This document shows positions 8,597 through 18,270 of a stretch of DNA of 64,000 nt, piece after piece (positions within the stretch are counted from its first letter, which is position 1; each line of letters opens with the position of its first letter). Below the pieces are notes generated by a model. It worked only from the letters and a program-made list of their open reading frames with translations. It searched no databases and was not told the DNA's origin. A program made the translations under genes and the position numbers. This DNA comes from an uncultured Candidatus Saccharibacteria bacterium (lineage in GTDB: Bacteria > Patescibacteriota > Minisyncoccia > Phycocordibacterales > CAYSCM01): NCBI GenBank assembly GCA_964429815.1, contig CAYSCM010000001.1, positions 32,001 through 96,000 of the forward strand, given 5' to 3'.

Positions 8597-10366
8597 TTAT
8601 TTTTTTTCGGGAAGAAGCTTAACCATCATGTTGTCATTGAACTCTTTTCTTGCAAGTAGCGGCTCGGGATCCTCGAGCGGCCGACCGAACTTTACCTGCG
8701 GGATTACGCGGTGCTTCGGGTTAATCTCGATGTTACAAAACACAGGCCCCCTCATCGCGAGCACCTTCTTAACTCCCCCGCTCAACTCGCGGTTCTTCTT
8801 GATCGTAATGGTTTTGAAGCCAAAGGAGGAAGCAATTTTGGCAAAGTCTGGGAACGCAAGTCCTCCCCCTTCCGAAGACGCAAGATACGCCGAATTAAAC
8901 CACTGATCTTGAGTCTGCTGTATCATACTGTAGCCGTGGTTATTCAATACAAAAATCTTGATCGGAAGTTTGTGCTTGAGAAGGGTACTTAACTCTTGCA
9001 AATTCATTTGGAGTGAACCATCTCCGGTTACACAAATAATTGATTTCTTGTTAAGCGCCAGGCTTACCCCAATGCTCGCCGGCAAAGCCCACCCCATCGC
9101 GGTGTTGTTCCAATCGTGGTAAAGACGCTGACCTTTCTTGAAGGAAAATCCCTGCATCATCCATGCGACCGTGCAGCCGGTATCAATGACCATTACTTCG
9201 TTCTGACGCGTGTAGCGAGAGAGCTCCTCAACAAATACATACGGATTGACCCCTTTCTCTTTGTAGTACGCGGGTGGGCACATGGGATATTTTTTCTTCC
9301 ATGCGGCAATACGTCTAAGCCAGGGTGAGATGTCGTTTTTTGGCAAACGTGCGGCGTGCTTTTGAAATGCCTTCAGCAGCTCTTTTGCGTCACCGGAGAT
9401 ACGCACATCGACTTTCAGGCCAAATTTTTTAAACTTCTTAAGTTCGTAGGGGTCAATATCGATGACTATCTTTTTTGCCTCTCGCGCAAACGTGTTGGGA
9501 GGACTACCCGTCGATTTGGTATCAAGACGGCTTCCGATTGAGAGGATCATGTCAGCGTTCTGGACGGCAAAATTGGCAAACCGCGTGCCGTGAGTGCCAA
9601 AGGTGCCGATGCGAAGTGGATGACTCTCTGGCAGGAGATCCCCTGCCCCCCATGTGAGTGCCGCAGGAAAGCCGAGTGTTTCCAAAAGTGAGATGGCCTC
9701 TTTTTCGGCCCCCGCGAGGTGGATTCCCCACCCAAACACAACGACGGGGCGCTTCGCCTGCCGTAGATAGTTTATGCTTCGAGCTACATCAACCGGCGCT
9801 TTCTTCTTCTCGACGGAGGGTGTAAACGAGGGAAGCTCTCCTGGATTAATTTCTCTGCGCTGAATGTCGTCGGGAATATCGAGCACTACGGGTCCTGGCC
9901 TACCACTTCGCGCCAGAAAGATCGCTTTCTCAAGCTCGTAGCGTATGCGCCTCTCATCGGTGATGAGTATCGCGTACTTAGTGATAGGACGATACATTTC
10001 GACCGTTGCCGTTTCTTGAAAACCCACTTGCCGCACGTTGGTATGACCTTTCATCCTAAAGGTGGCTACTTGGCCGGTAATAAATATGACGGGTACCGAA
10101 TCGTAGTAGGCGGAGCACACTCCCGTGATCATGTTCGTAGCACCTGGCCCTGAGGTGGACATCGCTACACCGAGGCCACCCGTGGCCCTCGCGTACCCGT
10201 CGGCAGCCATTGCCCCCGCTTGCTCGTGTCCTGGACAGATGACCTCCATTCCCCCCGTGCGCGCCACCGAATGAATAAGGTGAAGGGATGCTCCGCCGGA
10301 GATGGCAAAGACATGCTTCACCCCTTCTTTGCGGAGAACCTGTGCTACGTAGTCGGTGAGCTTCAT
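8597..10366 (-). CDS. Thiamine-pyrophosphate-dependent enzyme, acetolactate synthase large-subunit-like (YerE-like candidate for sugar C2-branch attachment)
   Basis: The N-terminal MKLTDYVAQVLRKEGVKHVFAISGGASL...GPGATNMITG has the TPP PYR domain. The central domain and C-terminal VTGDGSLQMNLQEL...N TPP-binding GDG motif are also present. It is 589 aa. Confidence 0.85.
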   Translation of the reverse strand: MKLTDYVAQVLRKEGVKHVFAISGGASLHLIHSVARTGGMEVICPGHEQAGAMAADGYARATGGLGVAMSTSGPGATNMITGVCSAYYDSVPVIFITGQVATFRMKGHTNVRQVGFQETATVEMYRPITKYAILITDERRIRYELEKAIFLARSGRPGPVVLDIPDDIQRREINPGELPSFTPSVEKKKAPVDVARSINYLRQAKRPVVVFGWGIHLAGAEKEAISLLETLGFPAALTWGAGDLLPESHPLRIGTFGTHGTRFANFAVQNADMILSIGSRLDTKSTGSPPNTFAREAKKIVIDIDPYELKKFKKFGLKVDVRISGDAKELLKAFQKHAARLPKNDISPWLRRIAAWKKKYPMCPPAYYKEKGVNPYVFVEELSRYTRQNEVMVIDTGCTVAWMMQGFSFKKGQRLYHDWNNTAMGWALPASIGVSLALNKKSIICVTGDGSLQMNLQELSTLLKHKLPIKIFVLNNHGYSMIQQTQDQWFNSAYLASSEGGGLAFPDFAKIASSFGFKTITIKKNRELSGGVKKVLAMRGPVFCNIEINPKHRVIPQVKFGRPLEDPEPLLARKEFNDNMMVKLLPEKK

Positions 10367-10370
10367 GGCG

Positions 10371-11228
10371 CTACCAGGGCATCTGCTCCTTAACGCTTAT
10401 AAAGAGTGTCCCGTCACGGTAGCTCTCGGGCATATCGCCGGCTTTTGTGACAAGTCCCCACCCTATCTTCTGCGAGAACAAATTGACGCCGGAGCCTGTA
10501 AAGTGCTTGAAAATGTGCTTGGCATTCTCCGCGGTCCCAACCTCGACCAGGCCGTCACAGCTCTCCCAATCGGAAGCTTCGGTCGAGAGGAGTACTTCCT
10601 TCTCGTGCCCTTCGACGTCCATTTTGATGAGATCAGCGCCGGCGAGAATCGGCCCGAACGCTTCGAGCTCCACGGAGAACATTTCCCGATCCCCGTAGAC
10701 GTCGTGCTTTGCTCCCGAGAGGTGACTCCCCGTAGTGTTGCCGAGCACTCGGGTAAAATCTGCTGAACCCGAGCGACTTGAGACGGCGCTGTTGTGAAGG
10801 CTGGCAGAATTACATCCGTTACGCGCAAGATTTTTTTTGAGGATATCGAAATGAACCGGATCGGGCTCGTAGGAGGAAACCTTAAAACCACAACGACAAA
10901 GGATAATCGAGTGAAGTCCAATATTTGCTCCGAGGTCTACAACGCTCGTATAGCGATTGCGATTGCGCCAGTAAAAACTGAAAATAACGAGTTCATTGAG
11001 GTCAAAGAGATTCCGCGAATCGACATTACCCATGTTGTGGTATGGAAACGAGATATCTCCAAATGGCGGAAAGTGGACCGACTCTTTTGAATCAACGGGA
11101 AAGAGCCTCTCCACTTCCTTCCGAGCTTTGGCGGCACGTTCTTTGAATGGCGCGCTTGTCGGAGTATGAGAGGGTAATTCCTGCGGGAGCGTGGCAAAGA
11201 TATTCTCCAAAAAAGCCGAGGATTCCAT
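10371..11228 (-). CDS. FkbM-family SAM-dependent methyltransferase
   Basis: VVDLGANIG and KMDVEGHE are FkbM-domain hallmarks. Confidence 0.7.
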   Translation of the reverse strand: MESSAFLENIFATLPQELPSHTPTSAPFKERAAKARKEVERLFPVDSKESVHFPPFGDISFPYHNMGNVDSRNLFDLNELVIFSFYWRNRNRYTSVVDLGANIGLHSIILCRCGFKVSSYEPDPVHFDILKKNLARNGCNSASLHNSAVSSRSGSADFTRVLGNTTGSHLSGAKHDVYGDREMFSVELEAFGPILAGADLIKMDVEGHEKEVLLSTEASDWESCDGLVEVGTAENAKHIFKHFTGSGVNLFSQKIGWGLVTKAGDMPESYRDGTLFISVKEQMPW

Positions 11229-11244
11229 GACGGGAGATACCCTA

Positions 11245-12042
11245 TCAGATTTTTCGTAATTTTAATAGCTCGGGGTCACGCGCGAGCGTTTTTGAAAAGC
11301 GCGCGCTCCCCCACGCGTCATAGACAACGTGTACATCTCTTCCCCCGACTACCTTTTTTGCTGACCCAATGACCCAGTCGAGACAGTCGAGAACTCGCTC
11401 CATGGGTATAAAGTCCCCGCGCGCTAGCTTTTTCCTTGTTCGAGCATACGTATCGCCCGCGCGCCTGCCGGCGGTGATAGTCTCCTGATGGATTTTGCTG
11501 CGCACCCAACCGGGGCCTATGGTGACGAAGCGAGCATCGTTCAGCTCCGCGTCGAGGATTTCAAACATTTTTATGGTCGCTATCTTTGAAACGGTATACG
11601 CCGAGAAATTGCGTGGTGCGTTGTTCGTCCCCCCACCAGAAAATGAAATTATGCAGGGTTTTTTGGATTTCGAACGTCTGGGCAGAAGTCCGTGGATGAT
11701 GCCCATGTGAGAAAGAAAATTGAGGCGAATTGATTTTTCCCAGTCTCCGAAAGAAACGCGTTGAAAAGCTCCTATGGGCGTAAGGGTCGCCGGAGCCAGT
11801 ACAAGAACGTCCCAGGCCACCGCGAGGCTCCGCAACGTACGTAGCGCCCTATGTACAGAGGCAGGTCGAGCGACGTCACAGTGTATAAGGTGTGCGCCAA
11901 GTTTTTGCAATCCTTCTGTGGTGTGGCTGCCGGTTCTATACGTGCCGAAAACCGCCCAGCCGCGGTTTAAGTATCTTCGAGCTATGGCGGTGCCGATATC
12001 GCTTGAAATGCCGACGATGATTATTGAGCCAGTTTTTTTCAT
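11245..12042 (-). CDS. Short-chain dehydrogenase/reductase (SDR)
   Basis: GISSDIGTAIA is the TGxxxGIG cofactor motif. It is about 265 aa. Confidence 0.7.
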   Translation of the reverse strand: MKKTGSIIIVGISSDIGTAIARRYLNRGWAVFGTYRTGSHTTEGLQKLGAHLIHCDVARPASVHRALRTLRSLAVAWDVLVLAPATLTPIGAFQRVSFGDWEKSIRLNFLSHMGIIHGLLPRRSKSKKPCIISFSGGGTNNAPRNFSAYTVSKIATIKMFEILDAELNDARFVTIGPGWVRSKIHQETITAGRRAGDTYARTRKKLARGDFIPMERVLDCLDWVIGSAKKVVGGRDVHVVYDAWGSARFSKTLARDPELLKLRKI

Positions 12043-12215
12043 GACGCGCTCTTTTGGTTGATGACGCTCGCGTTTTTCACGAATATGCCTATACTACACT
12101 ACTGCGCCACCGCAGGTTTCCAACCTACAAAACGCAGTGGAAAAGAAAAATTAATGGGTACGGTGAATTACAACGGGTCGAAACTTGACCCGTCTCTGGT
12201 AGAGTTGTACAGAAC

Positions 12216-13496
12216 ATGCGCCAAAAATTGAGCACCCTTGTCGAAAAACTGACGGTCGCGACCGGCATAAACTTTTCCTACCTCCTGCGCGGAGGGTCCT
12301 GGGCGTTTTCCGAGCAGGTGGTTACCAACGCCATCTCCCTCCTCCAGGCCATCGCGTTTGCCAACCTTATCTCTCCGCAGACGTATGGAGTGTTTAGTGT
12401 CGTGCAATCGTGGATAGGCATTCTCGTTACGTTCGCGCTCGGGAGCCTTCCAAACGCGCTTATAAAAAGCGTTGCGGAAGGCAACGACGGGGAGCTCAAA
12501 CGCGGATTTCTCCTCAAGCTTAAGTATGCTCCCCTTGCCTCTCTGCTCGGGCTCGGATTCTCCTTCTACTATCTATTTATAGGGAACAATACGACCCTCG
12601 CTTACTCGTTTCTCATTGCTTCGTTTTGCATGCCGCTTTACGTAGCGCTTCCGCAGGTCACGTTCTTCCTGTTCGCCAAGGGAGCATTTCTCGATAAGTT
12701 CATCGTGCAAGTGAGCGTTAGTCTTGCTTCGCTGGCAGGAATGACTATTTCAATGCTCTATTTCGGTTCTGTTCCATACCTGATGCTCGCCTACTTCATT
12801 CCACCGATCATCGTGAACGGCATCTTTTTTTGGCGCACGCTGCGCACCAAGGTTCATAATGCCAAGACCGGCGCGAACACGGAGCGGTTTGCGCTCCACC
12901 TTACGGGCATGAGTCTTCTTGGTTCGATAACCAAAAACATCGACCAACTCCTCATGTTCCACTTCAGCGGCGCAGTTCAGCTCGCGGTATATAAATTTGC
13001 CTTGATTCCCATACGAAAGCTGGAGACCTTTTTCCAGATCATCCTCGATCTGCTCCTCCCGCGATTTGCCAAGAGAGAGTACCGCGAGATTTACCAGGGG
13101 TTCGACAGAAAGCTCCTCCTTTCAGGCGCTTTTTCGTTGACGGTCGTGGCTGTTTATTTTTTCAGCATCCCCTACCTCTACAAGCTCTTTTTCCCGAAAT
13201 ACACCGACGCGGTGATATACTCGCGACTCCTTTCCCTGCTGTTTTTGTTTGGCCCTCTCTCATACGTTCAGCAGCTTTGGCTTGCGAAGGCGGAAACTAA
13301 ACGTCTCTATTTTTTAAAAATTCTCGGTGATTCCACCCGGATCTCACTTCATGTCGCGCTTATTCCCGTATTTGGGATCGCCGGTGCAGTGGGAAGCCGG
13401 ATGGTCGCATCCTCCTTTGTCAGCACCGCGGCATTCATTTTATTTTTGAAGGATAGGAGACGGTACGGTAAAGGCTCGAAGCGCCAATCGCAGTAA
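12216..13496 (+). CDS. Polysaccharide/O-antigen flippase, Wzx-like (MOP/PST family), polytopic membrane protein
   Basis: It is 426 aa with about 12 hydrophobic segments. The N-terminal region NAISLLQAIAFANLISPQTYG is typical of PST-family flippases. Confidence 0.65.
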   Translation: MRQKLSTLVEKLTVATGINFSYLLRGGSWAFSEQVVTNAISLLQAIAFANLISPQTYGVFSVVQSWIGILVTFALGSLPNALIKSVAEGNDGELKRGFLLKLKYAPLASLLGLGFSFYYLFIGNNTTLAYSFLIASFCMPLYVALPQVTFFLFAKGAFLDKFIVQVSVSLASLAGMTISMLYFGSVPYLMLAYFIPPIIVNGIFFWRTLRTKVHNAKTGANTERFALHLTGMSLLGSITKNIDQLLMFHFSGAVQLAVYKFALIPIRKLETFFQIILDLLLPRFAKREYREIYQGFDRKLLLSGAFSLTVVAVYFFSIPYLYKLFFPKYTDAVIYSRLLSLLFLFGPLSYVQQLWLAKAETKRLYFLKILGDSTRISLHVALIPVFGIAGAVGSRMVASSFVSTAAFILFLKDRRRYGKGSKRQSQ

Positions 13497-13508
13497 AAAA
13501 CCTTACTA

Positions 13509-14732
13509 TCACGCGCTCCCGCGGGGAGCGAGGGTGTGCGGCCAGGTAAGTACGCCAAGATCTGCCTCCTCGATGTTCTCTTTCCATTTTCGCATATCCG
13601 AAACCGAGATAAGATGTGCAAATTCCTTTTTCAGGGTTTCGAGTGTTTCCTGTTCCCAGGAAACTTTCTGAAATGCTTGTCGTTGCCACGGAAACGAGTC
13701 ACCTTCCTTGAGCCAGCTGTAGTTGTTGGCGACGTCGGGCATCACGAAACTGGACGCAAAGTACGCTATATCATCCCGCAAAAAGGCCCACGAGAGAGGG
13801 CCACTCGAGACGCACAGGTAAAAGAGCGCGCGCTGTACTAGGGCTAGATCCTGCTCGCTGTTCGTCCCATAGTCTTTGGTAAAGATAACGTTTGGCCCGC
13901 GCAGCGCTTCATTGATCTCGGCTCCCCTGCCTAAAATAATGAAGGTGCACTCGGGATACTGCTTCGAACAGTACCTAAAAAATTCTCGCCAGACTTTCGG
14001 TTTAGCGTTTCGGTGCGAGGCAAAAAAGGGATTGCTGCGCAGGCTGACCGCTACGGCGTATCCAGGCGCATGTTTTTTGATAAATGCTCGTGCCCACGCA
14101 TCAGTGAGGGCGGGTATCTTCAGCTTCGGTAGAGATCCGTACCGCTCGTAGAATTCCTTGAAAAACAAGTAGCCACGACGGTAGGGAGAATTGCTATTTA
14201 CGTAGTCAAAAAGAGATGGGGTGAGGATATACTTTCCCCGGCGCTCAGCGAGAAAAGACTCGAATTCATCCCTGGAATCGAAAATGTGGACCGACCCCAA
14301 CTTTGGATTGGTACGCAAAACAGGAAAAATCTCAATGAAGTGGAGCGGGACATTTTCTTTGGTGATCCAACCCGCATATTTAGAATGTCGACTAGGTCTT
14401 TCTCTGTCGTATACAAAAGCGTAGTCGATCTTTTCAACTTCATGGATGTGGGCCTCGCATAGCGTCCTGATCTGGTGCTCGATCAGTATCCCAAATGAGA
14501 CATCGGTGGTGAGAAAATCATTAATGCCCAGAATCCTTCGATCATTTCGCTCGTGGCGACGCAGAACGTAGCGGGCATAGCGCATCGAACCAACAATGCC
14601 TCGACGATACCAACGTTCATACACGCGATACGTCAAAAAATTGACTGCGACATCAAAGGCGGGTACCAAAAAGGGGGGCAGCATTTTTCGAAAATGCACA
14701 ACCGCAGGTTTCTTGTTGAGTGCGCGCAACAT
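13509..14732 (-). CDS. Hypothetical protein with divergent GT9 (heptosyltransferase-like) C-terminal signature
   Basis: The C-terminal DLALVQRALFYLCVSSGPLSWAFL resembles the GT9 motif (L..LAALI..A.L.VGNDSGP.HLAAA). The N-terminal 150 aa are unrecognised. It is translationally adjacent to the HldC-like gene. Confidence 0.4.
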   Translation of the reverse strand: MLRALNKKPAVVHFRKMLPPFLVPAFDVAVNFLTYRVYERWYRRGIVGSMRYARYVLRRHERNDRRILGINDFLTTDVSFGILIEHQIRTLCEAHIHEVEKIDYAFVYDRERPSRHSKYAGWITKENVPLHFIEIFPVLRTNPKLGSVHIFDSRDEFESFLAERRGKYILTPSLFDYVNSNSPYRRGYLFFKEFYERYGSLPKLKIPALTDAWARAFIKKHAPGYAVAVSLRSNPFFASHRNAKPKVWREFFRYCSKQYPECTFIILGRGAEINEALRGPNVIFTKDYGTNSEQDLALVQRALFYLCVSSGPLSWAFLRDDIAYFASSFVMPDVANNYSWLKEGDSFPWQRQAFQKVSWEQETLETLKKEFAHLISVSDMRKWKENIEEADLGVLTWPHTLAPRGSA

Positions 14733-14733
14733 G

Positions 14734-15231
14734 TTAGCGTCGGTAGGTTGAATTTTTTTTGATTGCCGTAATGATATCGCGTGTGCTTAATTTTTTGTCT
14801 TTCGTAAAGGTAATCCTGCAACCCACCTTCTGAGCGCTTTGTATTTCCTCTGCGAAATCTTTATTCGGCGGGATACCGCGGTAATCGGGACCGCGCACAT
14901 ACAGGTCCGGCTTGAGAGCACGTATGAATCTTGATCCATTGTTAGCATCATTAATGAACACGAAATCAACCGGGCGAAGCTGCGAGAGCATGTAGGCCCG
15001 CATATGCTCGGTGAACACCGGGCGGCCGATACCTTTTTGTCTTCGTACCTGTTTATCACTTGCGATCGCAACCACGAGCACATCACAGAGGCGCTTTGCG
15101 GATTCAAAATGCATCGCATGCCCGGGGTGGAGCAGATCATAGTTGCCGTTACAAAAACCGATGATCTTCCCCTCCTTTTTACGTCGAGCAAGTATGGGAC
15201 GAAGCTGCTGAAAGGAGATGATGCGTGCCAT
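14734..15231 (-). CDS. Cytidylyltransferase-like nucleotidyltransferase; best match to the heptose 1-phosphate adenylyltransferase domain (HldC / RfaE domain II). TagD-like glycerol-3-P cytidylyltransferase is not excluded.
   Basis: GFCNGNYDLLHPGH is the HxGH motif. VVAIASDKQVRRQKGIGRPVF...LKPDLYVRGPDY parallels E. coli HldE domain II (VNSDAS..LKG..RPV...PDLLVKGGDY). Confidence 0.65.
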   Translation of the reverse strand: MARIISFQQLRPILARRKKEGKIIGFCNGNYDLLHPGHAMHFESAKRLCDVLVVAIASDKQVRRQKGIGRPVFTEHMRAYMLSQLRPVDFVFINDANNGSRFIRALKPDLYVRGPDYRGIPPNKDFAEEIQSAQKVGCRITFTKDKKLSTRDIITAIKKNSTYRR

Positions 15232-15233
15232 AG

Positions 15234-16238
15234 CTACGGCTGATGGATATACTCGCGTGGATACTTTTTAAGTACATCCCACGACTCAGTGAGCCAAGAG
15301 ATAACTTCCTCAACCCCTCGCTCGAGCGGAATGCGCGGTTTCCACCCAAGAGCCTTCGCGGTCCCTCCAAACGAAAGCGCATAGACCTTATCCTGTCCAG
15401 GACGACCTTCACTCACTTTGGCGACTTCATTGAAACGAACCCCCATCTTGCGACACACGAGCTCAACGACGCCTCGAATGGAGCTCTGAGTGTGTGTCGA
15501 AAAATGATACACGCCACCAGACTTCCCTTTCTGGATCACGAGCTCAATACCGCGACATACATCCTCGATGTGTATGAAGCTACGCTTGATGGTGCCCCCT
15601 TGGTGAAGCGAGAGTTTAGTACCAACAAGGACCGAGAGGACCGTTTTTGGGATTACTTTGAAGAGCTGCTGATGCGCTCCATAGACATTCGCCGAGCGCA
15701 CAAAGCACACCGGAAAACCCTTGGTCTTATGGAGCGCGATGAGGAAGAGATCCCCTGCTCCCTTTGAGGCGGCGTAGGGCGTCGTCGGATTAAAGTAGGT
15801 AAGCGTCTCGGGGCCGCTGTATGAACCGTAAATTTCCGGCGTCGATATTTGTATGTACTTTTTTAAATAGGCCGTGTCTTTGAGGTGATCCGCGAGAGCA
15901 ACAATACCCAAGCAGTTGGTTCTAAACCAATCAAGCGGTTTTTTCCAACTAGCCTCAACGATGCCTTGGGCCGCGAAATTCACGACTATGTCAGGACGCT
16001 CGCTATCAAGGAGAGCGGCAAGTTTTTTTACATCTTTGTTTACGTCGAGCTTATGGAAACGATAGCGGCGCGCGGAGGGTTTTTTCCCTTTGTAGAGGTA
16101 GGGCAAAAATTCAGGCTCCTTCTCAGATGAGCGACTAATACCGATGACTATGTAATTTGTTTTCCGAAGCAGGTAATCGACGAGGTGTCCTCCCGAAAAA
16201 GAATTACTCCCGATGATAGCTATTTTTTTCAGAGCCAT
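15234..16238 (-). CDS. NAD-dependent NDP-sugar 4,6-dehydratase/epimerase (extended SDR, dTDP-glucose 4,6-dehydratase-like)
   Basis: IAIIGSNSFSGGHL is a Rossmann motif. YAASKGAGD is the YxxxK catalytic motif. Confidence 0.7.
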   Translation of the reverse strand: MALKKIAIIGSNSFSGGHLVDYLLRKTNYIVIGISRSSEKEPEFLPYLYKGKKPSARRYRFHKLDVNKDVKKLAALLDSERPDIVVNFAAQGIVEASWKKPLDWFRTNCLGIVALADHLKDTAYLKKYIQISTPEIYGSYSGPETLTYFNPTTPYAASKGAGDLFLIALHKTKGFPVCFVRSANVYGAHQQLFKVIPKTVLSVLVGTKLSLHQGGTIKRSFIHIEDVCRGIELVIQKGKSGGVYHFSTHTQSSIRGVVELVCRKMGVRFNEVAKVSEGRPGQDKVYALSFGGTAKALGWKPRIPLERGVEEVISWLTESWDVLKKYPREYIHQP

Positions 16239-16249
16239 GTGAGCAAAGT

Positions 16250-17317
16250 TTAAAACGGACCGGTAAAACGCTTATCGGGCACATCGAGCGGCGTCGTGCG
16301 TTTCTTCTCTTCCGCTGCGACGAGCGACTCTAATTTTTTTGTATCCCCCTCAACCATAGAGACCACCATTCTGGCCATATCGATATAGCGCGGGTAGTAC
16401 TCATTGGCAAGCGCAGGCGTTGATGGGCTTGGCAGATCCGGCGCGGTAAGCCGGCGAGGGTTGGTCCGTAGACTGATTGTCGAATCCTCCGCGACTTGTG
16501 TGATTATCTCTCCCGCGACCCCGAAGCTGCGATGCCCGAGATCGGCCACAAGCAGCCGTCCTGTTTTTTTGACTGAGCGTGCTATTGTCTCGGTATCAAG
16601 AGGTTTAAGACTTCGCACATCGACGACCTCGGCGCTCACGCCAACCTTTTGGAGTAACTCCTGCGCACGCAGAGCCTCGTAGGTGAAGTAGGACGTTGTT
16701 ACAAGGGAAACATCGCTTCCCCGGCGCATTATACGAGCCTTGCCGATGGGCACCCTATAGTGACCCTCGGGAACATCTTCAGCAAGATCATGGAGCCATC
16801 GATGATCGATATATATGACCGGATTATCGTCCTCAATCGCGGCGAGCATCAGTCCCTTGGCATCGGAGGGGGTCGCGGGCATCACTACCTTGAGCCCGGG
16901 GATGTGCGCATAGAGGGCTTGGAGATTTTGTGAATGCTGCGGGCCCTGCCCCCATCCCATGCCGATGGTCATTTTCACCGTAAGGGGTACCGATTGCGCT
17001 CCGTTGTACATGTACGACCATTTCGCCGCATTGTTGATCACCTGCTCGATCGCAAGAAGGCTGAAGTCAACTCTCTGGTGCGTTAGGACTGGGCGCATCC
17101 CATTTACCGCCGCACCGATGCAGATCCCGGTTACCGCGAGCTCAGAAGTTGGCATATCAAGTACTCGTTTTGCGCCATGTTTTTTCTGAAGTCCCGTCGT
17201 CGTGCCAAAAATTCCCTTTGGATCAGGGACACCCAATCCTATAAGGAACACCGACTTGTCTTTAGCCAGAGCAAGATCAAATGCTTCTCGTATTGCTTGC
17301 GAATATGTTTTACGCAT
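16250..17317 (-). CDS. TPP-dependent 2-oxoacid dehydrogenase E1 component, beta subunit-like (transketolase-like pyrimidine-binding and C-terminal domains)
   Basis: MRKTYSQAIREAF...SVFLIGLGV...MPTSELAVTGICIGAAVNGMRPV is a canonical E1-beta N-terminus. The start is probably the ATG at 17317; the ORF track extends to 17401. It is coupled to the E1-alpha gene. Confidence 0.8.
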   Translation of the reverse strand: MRKTYSQAIREAFDLALAKDKSVFLIGLGVPDPKGIFGTTTGLQKKHGAKRVLDMPTSELAVTGICIGAAVNGMRPVLTHQRVDFSLLAIEQVINNAAKWSYMYNGAQSVPLTVKMTIGMGWGQGPQHSQNLQALYAHIPGLKVVMPATPSDAKGLMLAAIEDDNPVIYIDHRWLHDLAEDVPEGHYRVPIGKARIMRRGSDVSLVTTSYFTYEALRAQELLQKVGVSAEVVDVRSLKPLDTETIARSVKKTGRLLVADLGHRSFGVAGEIITQVAEDSTISLRTNPRRLTAPDLPSPSTPALANEYYPRYIDMARMVVSMVEGDTKKLESLVAAEEKKRTTPLDVPDKRFTGPF

Positions 17318-18269
17318 AGAGGTGTTCGGCAAGAGCTTCCCTCTTTGGAAACGGGCTCTTTTCGGCAAAACGGAATGCTCCATCAACCTGTCGAATCGCA
17401 TCGTTTCGGATTTTTTCGATGAGGTCGCTAGAAAGCACCTCTTTCTTCAGGAGCTCACGCTCGAACATCGCGACAGGATCCTTCTTCTTCCACACGGCAA
17501 CCTCCTTCGGATCACGGTACCCAAGCTCGTCATCAAAATTTGGGCCGCAGTGCTCACGGTAGCGGTAGGTCGAAAATTCCAAAAAAACTGGACCCGAACG
17601 GACGGCTTTTCTGGCTTTTGTTGCGGCAGCGAGAACGGTCGAAACATCGTTACCATCGTGGCGCGACGCAGGAATGCCGTGCCCTTTGGCAAGCGCGTAG
17701 ATGGGGCGTTTAGGTTGGCGCTCAGAGAGATGTGTGTACACCGAGAAGCGGTTATCTTCGCACACAAATACAATGGGTAGTTTGTGGAGCGCCGCAAAAT
17801 TGAGACTTTCATGGAAAGCCCCCTCCTCGACGGTACCATCCCCAAAAAACGAAACGATGACGCGGTTTTCCTTCCGGAGCTTCGCTGCAAACGCCGCTCC
17901 CGTTGCAATCGGAATGCTGTTGCCGACGATGGGTGTGGCCCCGCCAAAACCGGCCTTGAGATCAATGAGGTGCATGGAGCCGCCCTTGCCACCGCAGCAG
18001 CCCGTAGCTTTGCCATAGAGCTCAGCCATCATCGCATTGAGGTTGCCGCCTTTAGCGAGGTAATGAGCGTGACAGCGATGGGTACTATACACGAGATCCT
18101 CTGCCGTGAGCGCCGCGCACACCCCAACCGCAACGGCCTCTTGGCCGATCGAGAGGTGGACGGGACAGCGCATCTTTCCTTCGCTATAGCGACGAGCTAT
18201 CGTCTCTTCCGTCGTGCGTATGAGAATGAGCTTGCGGTAGAGCGATAGGAGTGCTTCATTTTTCTTCAT
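17310..18269 (-). CDS. TPP-dependent 2-oxoacid dehydrogenase E1 component, alpha subunit-like (pyruvate/acetoin dehydrogenase E1-alpha family)
   Basis: GDGTVEEGAFHESLNFAAL and MRCPVHLSIGQEA are the E1-alpha TPP-binding motifs. No E2 or E3 genes are nearby. Confidence 0.85.
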   Translation of the reverse strand: MKKNEALLSLYRKLILIRTTEETIARRYSEGKMRCPVHLSIGQEAVAVGVCAALTAEDLVYSTHRCHAHYLAKGGNLNAMMAELYGKATGCCGGKGGSMHLIDLKAGFGGATPIVGNSIPIATGAAFAAKLRKENRVIVSFFGDGTVEEGAFHESLNFAALHKLPIVFVCEDNRFSVYTHLSERQPKRPIYALAKGHGIPASRHDGNDVSTVLAAATKARKAVRSGPVFLEFSTYRYREHCGPNFDDELGYRDPKEVAVWKKKDPVAMFERELLKKEVLSSDLIEKIRNDAIRQVDGAFRFAEKSPFPKREALAEHLYA

Positions 18270-18270
18270 G

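Noticed and set aside
14734-15231. Assigning the 165-aa nucleotidyltransferase firmly as TagD (glycerol-3-phosphate cytidylyltransferase)
   Set aside because: The downstream block SD..V.R.KG..RPV...PDLYV.GPDY aligns much better with HldE domain II than with TagD, and gmhA and an HldA-like kinase are in the same cluster. TagD is kept only as an alternative.
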